Shown: positions 1 to 9,664 of the stretch, one piece after another
Layout of the letters: every line of letters starts with the position of its first letter
Numbering within the stretch: the stretch's first letter is position 1
Source of the DNA: an uncultured Clostridia bacterium
GTDB taxonomy: Bacteria; Bacillota; Clostridia; Tissierellales; DATGTQ01
Assembly: GCA_964447805.1 (NCBI GenBank)
Contig: CAYUTQ010000005.1
Span: 8,398-72,397, forward strand
Direction: 5' to 3'
Length of the DNA: 64,000 nt
Made by a program: the position numbers and the translations under genes
Notes under the pieces: model-generated
What the model saw: the letters and a program-made list of their open reading frames with translations, nothing else
What the model was told of the DNA's origin: nothing
Databases searched by the model: none

Positions 1-894
1 GGGAAAAACTATTTTCCGGCTAAAAATGCAGGAATTAGAGTAGGAGATAGTATTATAAGTATTAACGGTGAAAAAGTGAGAAATGCTGAACATGTAGTTC
101 AATTATTAAATAATTTGAAGGATAGTGATGTAAAAATAACTATTGAAAGAAATAATATTTGTTTTGTAACGGAGGTAAAGCCAATACAGAGTATTCAAGA
201 CAATTGTTATAGATTAGGAATTTGGGTTAGAGATAAAACTGCTGGTATAGGAACTTTGACTTTTTATGATAAAGAAAATAAATTTTTTGGAGCTTTAGGT
301 CATGGTATAACAGATGTGGATACTGGAAAATTGTTGAATGTAGAGGATGGAAAAATAATGGGTGCCAAAATCGCCAATATAGAACAAGGGAAGAGAGGAA
401 ATCCAGGAGAAATAAAAGGAGTTTTTTATGAAACTAAAAATATTATAGGGGATATTGTGGAGAATACACCTTTTGGAATATATGGAATATTGGATGATGA
501 ATTTTTAAAAAATAATAAAATTAGAGCATTGCCAGTAGGTTTTAGAGATGAAATAAAAGAAGGCAAAGCTTATATATTGACAACTACCACAGATAATAAA
601 ATAGAAAAATATGAAATTGAGATATTAAAAAAACAACAACAATTTTTACCAGAGTCTAAAAGTATGATTTTGAAAGTTACGGACAAAAAATTATTGGGAA
701 AAAGTGGTGGAATAGTTCAAGGAATGAGTGGAAGTCCCATAATTCAAAATGGTAAAATAATTGGAGCTGTAACTCATGTTTTTGTAAATGATCCTACAAA
801 AGGTTATGGTTTATATATTGAATGGATGTTAGAACAGCTAGATTTAAAAGAAAAACAAAATAAAGACCTAAAAAATGTAAAAAAGGATAGGTAA
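1..894 (+). CDS. spoIVB: SpoIVB serine peptidase (S55), 5' end outside window
   Basis: Frame open from base 1 (AGIRVGDSIISINGEKV, PDZ-like), then LGIWVRD..AGIGTLTF, ALGHGI and catalytic GMSGSPIIQ..IGAVTHV; directly upstream of spo0A. Confidence 0.96.
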   Translation, partial: GKNYFPAKNAGIRVGDSIISINGEKVRNAEHVVQLLNNLKDSDVKITIERNNICFVTEVKPIQSIQDNCYRLGIWVRDKTAGIGTLTFYDKENKFFGALGHGITDVDTGKLLNVEDGKIMGAKIANIEQGKRGNPGEIKGVFYETKNIIGDIVENTPFGIYGILDDEFLKNNKIRALPVGFRDEIKEGKAYILTTTTDNKIEKYEIEILKKQQQFLPESKSMILKVTDKKLLGKSGGIVQGMSGSPIIQNGKIIGAVTHVFVNDPTKGYGLYIEWMLEQLDLKEKQNKDLKNVKKDR

Positions 895-915
895 TTTTAC
901 CTATCTTTTTTTTTA
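882..915 (+). terminator. Intrinsic terminator after spoIVB
   Basis: GATAGGTAA / TTACCTATC stem followed by a long T run. Confidence 0.8.
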
Positions 916-955
916 TTGAGAAAAAAAGAAATAATCATATTAATATAGTAATATA

Positions 956-982
956 GGAGGAAAATTCAGTTCTCTGTCGAAT
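956..982 (+). promoter_or_regulatory. SigH promoter of spo0A with overlapping 0A box
   Basis: GGAGGAAAA-N11-GTCGAAT fits RNAGGAWWW-N11-12-RNNGAAT; TGTCGAA at 975-981 fits the 0A box TGNCGAA. Confidence 0.8.
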
Positions 983-1033
983 AAAAGTAATAACAGTAAA
1001 TAATAAAATATGAGAAACAGGGGGGTAATTTGT

Positions 1034-1846
1034 TTGAAAAAAAAGACAATACTAATTGCAGATGACAATAAAGATTTTACTGATATCTTGTGTGAATATT
1101 TATCATTACATGAAGACTTTGAAGTTGTTGGAATTGTTAGGGATGGATTGGAGGCATTAGAACAGATTCCTAAAGTAGAACCAGATGTTTTGATATTGGA
1201 CATTATTATGCCTCATCTTGATGGTTTAGAAGTTTTAGAAAGATTAAATAGTATGATTATTGAAAAATATCCTAAAATAATTGTGTTATCTGCAGTAGGA
1301 CAAGATAAAATAACTCAAAGAGCTATTGAGTTAGGTGCAGATTATTATGTAGTTAAACCATTTGATTTTGAGATTTTTATTAAAAGATTAAAACAAATAT
1401 CAGGTACTATTGAAGAAGAACCGGTAAAACGAAATTATATAAATATACCAAAACAATCAGCAACTGATGTAGAAAATAATAAAAATATTGAGGCAAGGAT
1501 AACTAATATAATACATGAAATTGGTATACCTGCTCATATCAAAGGATATCAATATCTTAGAGAAGCTATTTCTATGGTTATAGAAGATATTGGTTTATTG
1601 GGAGCAGTTACTAAAGAATTGTATCCTAATATAGCAAAAAAATATAATACAACACCTAGTAGAGTTGAAAGAGCTATAAGACATGCAATAGAAGTAGGAT
1701 GGAGTAGAGGAAAAATAGATACGATTAATAATATATTTGGTTATACTGTTCACACAGATAAGGGTAAACCTACCAACAGTGAGTTTATCGCAATGGTAGC
1801 TGACAAATTAAGATTAGAACAAGAAATAGTTGATGATCAGGCGTAA
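1034..1846 (+). CDS. spo0A: Sporulation master regulator Spo0A (likely TTG start at 1034)
   Basis: Receiver [11 protein letters not shown]; C-terminal [16 protein letters not shown] and [16 protein letters not shown]; RBS AGGGGG before TTG. Confidence 0.98.
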   Translation: MKKKTILIADDNKDFTDILCEYLSLHEDFEVVGIVRDGLEALEQIPKVEPDVLILDIIMPHLDGLEVLERLNSMIIEKYPKIIVLSAVGQDKITQRAIELGADYYVVKPFDFEIFIKRLKQISGTIEEEPVKRNYINIPKQSATDVENNKNIEARITNIIHEIGIPAHIKGYQYLREAISMVIEDIGLLGAVTKELYPNIAKKYNTTPSRVERAIRHAIEVGWSRGKIDTINNIFGYTVHTDKGKPTNSEFIAMVADKLRLEQEIVDDQA

Positions 1847-1905
1847 ACAGCATTAGAGTGAGTAGGAAAATAATTAATAATCATATTTATAAAAGATAAC
1901 TTATT

Positions 1906-1940
1906 AAATATCCTCCCATTAAAAAAGGAGGATATTTTTT
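1906..1940 (+). terminator. Hairpin/terminator after spo0A
   Basis: AAATATCCTCC (1906-1916) / GGAGGATATTT (1927-1937) plus T run. Confidence 0.75.
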
Positions 1941-2096
1941 ATGACAAATTTACATTTTGGAGATGAATGTAATATGATAATTAACATGATTCTGCATAAT
2001 AGGTATGTTTTGGAATAGTTCCGAGCTAAAAAGGTAATGAGATTATTTTTCTTAGATAGTATAATATTAAAGAGAGAATAATCATGAGGTGATGAT

Positions 2097-2771
2097 ATGT
2101 ACAAGATATTTATAGTTGAGGATGACAAAATTCTTTGTGACAATATAAAACAAGGTATTTCTAAATGGGGATATGATACGTTTTCTATAGAAAACTTTGA
2201 AAACGTATTGGAGGAATTTGCAAAGTACAATCCTCATTTAGTTATTATGGATATAAATTTACCTTCTTTTGATGGATTTTATTGGTGCCAAAAAATAAGG
2301 AGTATATCTAAAGTTCCAATTATATTTCTATCGTCAAGGGACAGCAATATGGATATAATAATGGCGGTCAATATGGGGGGAGATGATTTTGTGACAAAAC
2401 CATTTTCCATGGATATATTGCTGGCCAAAATACAAGCTGTCATAAGAAGAACATATTCCTATGGAGAAAATGAAGGCAATATAATAGAATGTCATGGAGC
2501 TATTTTAAACATAAATGATGGGACACTTTTCTATGAGGAAGAGAAAATAGAACTCACCAAGAATGAATTTAAAATACTTCAACTTCTTATGAAAAACAAA
2601 GGCAAGATAATATCCCGGGATAGAATCATGAGAGTGCTTTGGGAAAGTGAGTATTTTATAAGTGAAAACACTTTGACTGTAAATGTAAATAGACTTAGAA
2701 AAAGTCTGGAAGATGTGGGACTTAAGGACTTTATAGTCACTAAAAAATCTCAAGGATATATAATACCATGA
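2097..2771 (+). CDS. OmpR-family response regulator, BceR/GraR type
   Basis: MDINLPSFDGFYWCQKIR, SNMDIIMAVNMGGDDFV, ENTLTVNVNRLRK; first gene of RR-HK-ABC unit. Confidence 0.92.
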   Translation: MYKIFIVEDDKILCDNIKQGISKWGYDTFSIENFENVLEEFAKYNPHLVIMDINLPSFDGFYWCQKIRSISKVPIIFLSSRDSNMDIIMAVNMGGDDFVTKPFSMDILLAKIQAVIRRTYSYGENEGNIIECHGAILNINDGTLFYEEEKIELTKNEFKILQLLMKNKGKIISRDRIMRVLWESEYFISENTLTVNVNRLRKSLEDVGLKDFIVTKKSQGYIIP

Positions 2772-3799
2772 GTTTCTTTAAATATATAAAAGACTCACTT
2801 TGGACAATTCTTTATTTTATAGGAGTAATATGTATAATTAATCTAATACTTATAAGCAGTACAGCTTTGAATAAGTCCATAGACGATATTTTGTATATGA
2901 ATATACTTATTTTCTCTATTTCTTTATTGTTTTTAATCCTAGACTATATAAAATGGAAAAATACCTACAAGGATTTTAGAAATGCTCTCTATAATAAAGA
3001 AGATATTGATGATTTTCTCCCCAATGGTGAAAATTTGGAACAAATCCTTATAAGAGAGACAATAGATTTCAAGAATGAAGAAAAATTGAGAGAAACCAAA
3101 GAATTGAAAGAGGATTTAAAAGAGATAAATGATTATATAACAAAATGGGTTCACGAGATTAAGATACCCTTATCCGTATGTGAGCTTATAGCTGATAAAA
3201 TTGAGGAAGAAGAACTATATGATATTTCAGAAGAATTGAGAGGAGAATTAGAAAGAATAAATTTTCTCACCAATCAAGTACTGTATACTAGCAGGGCTTC
3301 AAGCTATTCCGAAGACTTTGCAATAGAAGAAATAAATCTATATACATTAGTCAAAAGTGTAATTAAAAACAATATGAATTCTTTTATATCTAAAAAGATA
3401 GAAGTAGAAATGGATAATTTAGATTTTAATGTATTTTCAGATAGCAAATGGACTTTTTATGTATTAGATCAAATAATAAATAATGCTTGCAAATATACTG
3501 ATATGCATGGGAAAATTAAAATTTTTGCAAGTGAAGATGAAGAAAGTGTAAAACTTTTTATAAAAGACAATGGTATGGGCATACCTCCTAAAGATATAGA
3601 AAGAATTTTTGACAGGGGATTTACAGGATATAATGGAAGAAAAACAACCAAATCCACAGGTATGGGGCTTTATATATGTAAAAAAATTGCAAATAAGCTA
3701 AATTTCAATATAGAAGTATCTTCTCAAGTATCACAATACACAGAATTCAAAATAACTTTTTATAAAATAGCTGATTATTTCAATGTGACAAAGATGTAA
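2768..3799 (+). CDS. Intramembrane-sensing histidine kinase, BceS/GraS type
   Basis: Two N-terminal TM helices with a short loop, H-box KWVHEIKIPLS, QIINNACKY, DNGMGI, STGMGLY. Confidence 0.92.
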   Translation: MSFFKYIKDSLWTILYFIGVICIINLILISSTALNKSIDDILYMNILIFSISLLFLILDYIKWKNTYKDFRNALYNKEDIDDFLPNGENLEQILIRETIDFKNEEKLRETKELKEDLKEINDYITKWVHEIKIPLSVCELIADKIEEEELYDISEELRGELERINFLTNQVLYTSRASSYSEDFAIEEINLYTLVKSVIKNNMNSFISKKIEVEMDNLDFNVFSDSKWTFYVLDQIINNACKYTDMHGKIKIFASEDEESVKLFIKDNGMGIPPKDIERIFDRGFTGYNGRKTTKSTGMGLYICKKIANKLNFNIEVSSQVSQYTEFKITFYKIADYFNVTKM

Positions 3800-3819
3800 T
3801 ATTAAATCCTATATTGTCA
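3786..3819 (+). promoter_or_regulatory. BceR-type binding site overlapping the HK stop codon
   Basis: TGACA-aaga-TGTAA (3786-3799) matches TnACA-N4-TGTAA; second TGTCA half-site at 3815-3819. Confidence 0.75.
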
Positions 3820-3930
3820 CTATAAATGATGGCATAAAGACAGAGAAAATACTAGAATATAGACAAATACTAAATAAAAAATCTCTTTTAGATCAAGAGA
3901 GATTTTTCAAATGATATAGGAGGTTAGAAA

Positions 3931-4695
3931 ATGGACGTGGTACTTGAAACCAAAAATTTAAGAAAAGAATATGGCTCAAAAGGAATGACTTTTACAGCTG
4001 TAGATGATATTGACTTAAAAGTATATAAGGGTGAATTTTTAGGAATAATGGGGCCATCTGGAGCAGGAAAGACTACACTTTTAAATATGTTATCTACTAT
4101 TGACAGACCTACTTCTGGAGAAATATATTATGAAGGAAATAGTATTTTAAATATGGAAAACAAGGAGCTTTCCGTATTTAGACGAAATAATATAGGTTTT
4201 ATATTCCAAGATTTTAATTTATTGGACAGCATGTCTATTGAGGACAATATGGCTTTGCCTCTTGCTCTTTCAAAAGTAGATATAAGAGAAATAAATGAAA
4301 AGATAGAAAACCTAAGCAAATTTTTTGGATTAAAAGAACACTTAAAAAAATATCCCTATCAATTGTCAGGAGGACAAAAGCAGAGAGTAGCAGCAGCAAG
4401 GGCACTCATTACTTCTCCTTCCATAGTTTTTGCAGATGAACCTACTGGAGCATTGGATTCAAAATCTTCTCAAGAATTGTTGCAATGCTTATCTCAAATG
4501 AATAAGGAATTCAACACGACTATTATCATGGTTACTCATGATGCATTTGCAGCTAGTTATTGCAAGAGGATTTTGTTTATTAAAGACGGAAAAATTCATG
4601 CAAGAATAGACAAAAATTCATCTAGAAAAGAATTCTTCAAGAGGATAATTGATTTTCTTGGTTCTATGGGAGGTGGAGTAGATGAGTTCTTTTAA
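3931..4695 (+). CDS. ABC ATPase, BceA type
   Basis: GPSGAGKTT, LSGGQKQRVAAARAL, ADEPTGALDSKSS. Confidence 0.93.
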   Translation: MDVVLETKNLRKEYGSKGMTFTAVDDIDLKVYKGEFLGIMGPSGAGKTTLLNMLSTIDRPTSGEIYYEGNSILNMENKELSVFRRNNIGFIFQDFNLLDSMSIEDNMALPLALSKVDIREINEKIENLSKFFGLKEHLKKYPYQLSGGQKQRVAAARALITSPSIVFADEPTGALDSKSSQELLQCLSQMNKEFNTTIIMVTHDAFAASYCKRILFIKDGKIHARIDKNSSRKEFFKRIIDFLGSMGGGVDEFF

Positions 4696-6544
4696 AATAG
4701 CCATCATGAATTTCAAAAGAAATATAAAGACTTACAGCTTGTATCTGATGGCAATGATTTTTTCTGTAGCTGCTTATTACAATTTTTTGTCTATGAGATA
4801 CAATCCTCAATTTTTAGAATTTAAAGAAGTATCAACTTATGTTGAAGGGACATCCTATATGGCTTCCATGCTTATGATAATGTTTTTGATATTTTTCATA
4901 GTGTATTCCAGCAATTTTTTCTTAAATCAAAGAAAAAAGGAAATAGGTGTTTATGCTTTCATGGGAATTGACAATTATAAAATAGCACTTATCTTTGCTT
5001 CTGAAGGGCTATTACTTGGGATGTTGTCTTTAGTCATTGGATTAATAGTTGGAATACTATTTAGCAAATTGTTTATGATGATACTTGCAAAAGTAGCTCT
5101 TTTAGATATGACAATTAAGTTTTTCATATCAAAAAAAGCTATTGTTGGAACAATCATTGCCTATTCAATTATTTTGATTATTACATTTTTAAAAGGATAT
5201 TTTGATATCGTAAGAACTAATTTAATTGATTTGTTAAATTCATTAAAAAAAGAAGAAGAACTTCCAAAAGTTAATTACTTTAAAGGAATTGCTTCAATAA
5301 TAATTATTGGCGTAGCATATTTTATTGCAATTAACTATGAAAAATTGGGTTTTGATATAACTTTTTTAGTTACAGTACTTCTTATTGTATGGGGAACTTA
5401 TTGGCTATTTGGCTCTTTTTTCTCCATGGTCATAAGGCATTATATAAACAAAAAAAGTTATCTTTATAAAGAGGTAAATATCATAAGTGTTTCAAACATA
5501 GCTTTTAGAATAAAAAACAATTATAGAACCCTTGCAGCAGTAGCAGTTTTAATAACAACTTGTATAACTTGTTTTGGAACAGTTAGCTCTCTTAAATATT
5601 ATGTGGGGAAAAACCACAAAATAGAAGTTCCCTATACTATTTCTTATATTTCTAATGATGAAGAAGAAATAAAAAAAGTAGATGAAATTGTGGAAAATTC
5701 AAATCATAAAGTAGAACTTAAAGAAAAGGCCAATTTCTTATATTTACCTGATCGTGAAGTTGTAGTATTGAAGTTTTCTGATTTTGAAAATATATTGTTA
5801 GATTTAAAAGTTGAGAATAGAGAAAAAATAACATCTAAATTCAATTTATCAAAAGGTGAAGCAATATATATAGAAAGACCTAAAACAATGCTAACTACAT
5901 TAGAAAAACAGAAAAGTATTGCTATAGGAGATAAGAAATATAATATAAAAGTTAATACCAAAGTTCCTCTTTTAGGTAATGGGGTGCCTTTTCCTTGCAT
6001 AGTTGTAAACGATAAGGAATATGAGGTATTGAAATCACAATTTGATGAAAGTGGGTTCAATGGGATTATATTGGATAATCCAGATGATACAAAAGATTTA
6101 ATTTTTAAATTAGCTGAAACACTTCCAAAAGAATCTAGCCTATATGGCTATTGGGTAGCTGGTGCAACATTTTATGATTTTGCAGGAATTGTTTATTTTA
6201 TAGGTGCTTTTTTATCTCTTGTATTTGTGTTTGCTACTGGTAGTATAATCTATTTCAAGACCTTGAGCGAATCCTTCAGAGATAAGAACAAATATGAAAT
6301 ACTCAAAAAATTAGGAACTACAGATTTTGAGATATACAAATCAGTTTCAAAACAGGTGGGAATCTTTTTTATACTTCCACTCATAGTTGGAGCAATTCAC
6401 AGCATGGTTGCTATTTCAGTATTGAGTGATTTGATGGACTATAGTTTAGTTGTACCAACAATTATAAGTATAGCTGTATTTGCATTGGTATACGGTATAT
6501 TTTATATGTTTACTACAAAAAAGTTTATAACTGTGGTTCAATAA
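4682..6544 (+). CDS. FtsX-like ABC permease, BceB type
   Basis: About 10 hydrophobic segments, RKKEIGVY..MG motif, large extracellular domain, KYEILKKLG; overlaps the ATPase stop. Confidence 0.9.
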   Translation: MSSFKIAIMNFKRNIKTYSLYLMAMIFSVAAYYNFLSMRYNPQFLEFKEVSTYVEGTSYMASMLMIMFLIFFIVYSSNFFLNQRKKEIGVYAFMGIDNYKIALIFASEGLLLGMLSLVIGLIVGILFSKLFMMILAKVALLDMTIKFFISKKAIVGTIIAYSIILIITFLKGYFDIVRTNLIDLLNSLKKEEELPKVNYFKGIASIIIIGVAYFIAINYEKLGFDITFLVTVLLIVWGTYWLFGSFFSMVIRHYINKKSYLYKEVNIISVSNIAFRIKNNYRTLAAVAVLITTCITCFGTVSSLKYYVGKNHKIEVPYTISYISNDEEEIKKVDEIVENSNHKVELKEKANFLYLPDREVVVLKFSDFENILLDLKVENREKITSKFNLSKGEAIYIERPKTMLTTLEKQKSIAIGDKKYNIKVNTKVPLLGNGVPFPCIVVNDKEYEVLKSQFDESGFNGIILDNPDDTKDLIFKLAETLPKESSLYGYWVAGATFYDFAGIVYFIGAFLSLVFVFATGSIIYFKTLSESFRDKNKYEILKKLGTTDFEIYKSVSKQVGIFFILPLIVGAIHSMVAISVLSDLMDYSLVVPTIISIAVFALVYGIFYMFTTKKFITVVQ

Positions 6545-6568
6545 TGTTTTAGAGAAATATATTTATAT

Positions 6569-6625
6569 AAGTTGATATTAGTATAAAATATGTTTACATT
6601 ATTATACTAATATCAACTTTTTTTA
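6569..6625 (+). terminator. Long-stem terminator
   Basis: 18-bp perfect IR AAGTTGATATTAGTATAA (6569-6586) / TTATACTAATATCAACTT (6602-6619), then T run. Confidence 0.75.
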
Positions 6626-6777
6626 CTTGGACAAAAATCTATTGATTTATATACTACATCACGTAGAATATAAAGAACTCTTTTATTTTATCATTTATTA
6701 TATCATCTGTAGGAGCAATAGGAAGTGGCTTTTTAAAGAAAAGTCGTTGTATGATAAATTTTAACATGAGCAATTAG

Positions 6778-6889
6778 TTAGTAGCCTAATGGAAAAACTC
6801 ATAAATATTATAGTCAATATATATTGACAAATGTATATTGACTATAATATTTAATGGTGGTAATATTAATTATATATTTAGCTGGCTAA
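6778..6889 (+). promoter_or_regulatory. Promoter with palindromic operator candidates upstream of marR
   Basis: TTGACT(6838)-N17-extended TG-n-TAATAT(6861); TTAGCTGGCTAA (6878) and TTAGTAGCCTAA (6778); perfect palindrome GTCAATATATATTGAC (6813-6828). Confidence 0.55.
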
Positions 6890-6913
6890 TTGTATAATTA
6901 GGAGGTGGAAGTT

Positions 6914-7357
6914 GTGAATGAAATAGATAAGGATTCACTATACTTCATATTTTTAGAGATATTGAGACTTCATTATTATCGTACTCATGTACTTCTTGAG
7001 GAAGTAGGTATTTATCCTGGTCAACCACCTATGCTTTTTATTTTAAATAAAGAAGATGGGCAGAGCCAGAGTGAATTGGCAGACAAATTACAAATAAAGC
7101 CTTCTACCATAACAGTAATGTTGAAAAGAATGGAGAAGGAAAACATAGTAGAACGTAGGAAAGATGAATTGGATCAGAGGGTAACTAGAGTGTATATAAC
7201 TGAAAAGGGAAGAGAATTGTGTGATGAGGCTATTAAAGTAATGGATAAAGTTCAAGGCGAGTGTTTTGCAAATATTACAGCAGAAGAAAAGGTAATTCTC
7301 AGGAGATTATTTATGCAGATGAGGGATAATCTCAATAATGCACTTGAAGAAGAATAG
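6914..7357 (+). CDS. MarR-family regulator
   Basis: GIYPGQPPML..L...DGQSQSELA..L.IKPSTITVMLKRMEK..IVERRKDELDQRVTRVYIT; AGGAGG before GTG 6914. Confidence 0.93.
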   Translation: MNEIDKDSLYFIFLEILRLHYYRTHVLLEEVGIYPGQPPMLFILNKEDGQSQSELADKLQIKPSTITVMLKRMEKENIVERRKDELDQRVTRVYITEKGRELCDEAIKVMDKVQGECFANITAEEKVILRRLFMQMRDNLNNALEEE

Positions 7358-7408
7358 GAGATTTAGGAAAGCAAGAAAAAAAATCCAGATAATGTAGGGA
7401 GGAAATCT

Positions 7409-9664
7409 ATGTTTAGGATAATAAAGGAGCTTAGGCCATTTCGTATATTGGTCTTTATAATAGTAGGCTTGCTTTTTGCTCAGGCGATGACAGACCTTGC
7501 TCTTCCTGATTATATGTCAAATATAGTCAATGTAGGAATACAGCAAAATGGGATAGAAAATGCAGTACCTGAAGTAATTAGAGCTACTGAAATTGGGAAA
7601 ATAAAAATGTTTTTAACTAAAGAAGAAAAAAGTTTGATAGATAACAATTATAAAGTTATAAACAAAGAAAATTTAAGTAAAGAGGAATATAAGGATTATT
7701 CTAAGAAATATAAGGCTTTGGAAAAAGAAAGCTTATATATTTTAAATACATCTTTTGAAGAAGATATTGAAAAGATGAATTCCTTTTTAGGGAAAGCTAT
7801 GCTTATTGTATATGGCTTAGAAGAGGGTACAACGCAAGGTATTGTTTCACAAGATGAAAACAAGGAAGAGAATCCTTTTGCAAACTTTCCAAAAGGGACA
7901 GATCCTTTTATAGTACTTGAAAATTTACCTAAAGAGCAGTTGGATCTTATGAAAGAGGAAGTAGATAAACAATTTAAAGATATACCAGATAGTATGATAA
8001 CCCAGTCTGCAATAAGCTATATAAAACTTGAGTATGAGGCTGTAGGAATAGATATGAACAAGCTCCAGTCCCGATATATTTTATCTACTGGTGGCAAAAT
8101 GTTACTTATTGCTCTATTGGGAATGGTAGCATCAGTAATTGTAGGATTCTTAGCTGCAAGAATTTCAGCTTCCCTTGGGAGAAATTTGAGGGATAAAGTG
8201 TTTAAAAAGGTTACATCCTTTTCAAGTGTAGAATTTGATAATTTTTCAACTGCTTCTTTAATAACAAGAAGTACCAATGATATACAGCAGGTACAGATGT
8301 TCGTGATGCTATTATTGAGGATGGTGTTCTATGCTCCAATACTTGGAGTTGGTGGAGTAATAAGAGCTCTTGATACAAATACTTCTATGGCATGGATAGT
8401 GGGAGTAGGAGTTATAGCTATTTTGACCCTTGTAATAATTCTTTTTGCTATTGCTATGCCAAAGTTTAAAAAGGTTCAAAAATTTGTTGATAAAGTAAAT
8501 TTAGTAATGAGGGAATCCCTTAGTGGAATAATGGTTGTAAGAGCCTTCAATACGCAGAAATTTGAAGAAGAAAAGTTTGATAGTGCAAACAAAGGTTTAA
8601 CTAAAACACATTTATTTGTTTCAAGAATAATGACTGTGATGATGCCAACTATGATGCTTATAATGAATGGCATAACATTGTTAATAGTATGGGTGGGAGC
8701 TCATGAAATAGATAAAGCTAATATTCAGGTTGGAGATATGATGGCATTTATGCAGTATGCAATGCAGATAATTATGTCTTTCCTTATGATATCCATGGTT
8801 TCATTAATACTTCCAAGGGCTTCAGTATCAGCTCAGAGGATAGCAGAAGTATTGGATGAAGATATAACAATTAAGGATCCTGAAATTCCAAAACAATTAA
8901 ATAGTGATGTAAAAGGGCTAATTGAATTTAAAAATGTGTGCTTTAAATATCCAGGAGCAGAAGAATATGTACTTGAAGATATATCCTTTATGGCAAGACC
9001 TGGAGAAACTACTGCCTTTATAGGAAGTACAGGAAGTGGTAAATCTACTTTGATAAATTTAATCCCTAGGTTTTATGACGTTACAAGTGGAGAAATTCTT
9101 TTTGATGGTGTAGATATTCGAAATATTTCCATTAATGATTTAAGAGAAAATATAGGATATGTTCCTCAAAAGGGAGTACTATTTACAGGGACTATAGAAA
9201 GCAATTTAAAATATGGAAAAAACTTTGATGCTACTGATGAAGATATCTCAAAATCTATAGAAATAGCTCAAGCGAAAGAACTTATAGAAGAAAAGGAGAA
9301 AGGAATATTATCTGAGATAGCCCAAGGTGGAACCAATGTATCAGGAGGACAGAAACAAAGGCTTTCAATTGCAAGGGCATTGGCTAAGAAGCCAAAGGTA
9401 CTTGTATTTGATGATAGTTTTTCGGCTCTTGATTTTAAAACAGATGTTGCATTAAGAAAAGCAATTAATAAAGAAATTAAAAATAGAACAATGCTTATAG
9501 TAGCTCAAAGGATAAATACAATAAAAAATGCAGAAAAGATTGTTGTTTTAGATGAAGGAAAGATAGTAGGCATTGGGACTCATAAAGAATTATTAAAACA
9601 GTGCAGAGTATATAAGCAAATAGCGTTATCGCAGCTGTCAGAGGAGGAACTAGCGTATGAGTAA
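7409..9664 (+). CDS. ABC-B exporter subunit 1 of a heterodimer (degenerate site), with large extracellular insertion
   Basis: TMD+NBD, GSTGSGKST, SGGQKQR, degenerate Walker B FDDSFSALD and AQR switch. Confidence 0.9.
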   Translation: MFRIIKELRPFRILVFIIVGLLFAQAMTDLALPDYMSNIVNVGIQQNGIENAVPEVIRATEIGKIKMFLTKEEKSLIDNNYKVINKENLSKEEYKDYSKKYKALEKESLYILNTSFEEDIEKMNSFLGKAMLIVYGLEEGTTQGIVSQDENKEENPFANFPKGTDPFIVLENLPKEQLDLMKEEVDKQFKDIPDSMITQSAISYIKLEYEAVGIDMNKLQSRYILSTGGKMLLIALLGMVASVIVGFLAARISASLGRNLRDKVFKKVTSFSSVEFDNFSTASLITRSTNDIQQVQMFVMLLLRMVFYAPILGVGGVIRALDTNTSMAWIVGVGVIAILTLVIILFAIAMPKFKKVQKFVDKVNLVMRESLSGIMVVRAFNTQKFEEEKFDSANKGLTKTHLFVSRIMTVMMPTMMLIMNGITLLIVWVGAHEIDKANIQVGDMMAFMQYAMQIIMSFLMISMVSLILPRASVSAQRIAEVLDEDITIKDPEIPKQLNSDVKGLIEFKNVCFKYPGAEEYVLEDISFMARPGETTAFIGSTGSGKSTLINLIPRFYDVTSGEILFDGVDIRNISINDLRENIGYVPQKGVLFTGTIESNLKYGKNFDATDEDISKSIEIAQAKELIEEKEKGILSEIAQGGTNVSGGQKQRLSIARALAKKPKVLVFDDSFSALDFKTDVALRKAINKEIKNRTMLIVAQRINTIKNAEKIVVLDEGKIVGIGTHKELLKQCRVYKQIALSQLSEEELAYE

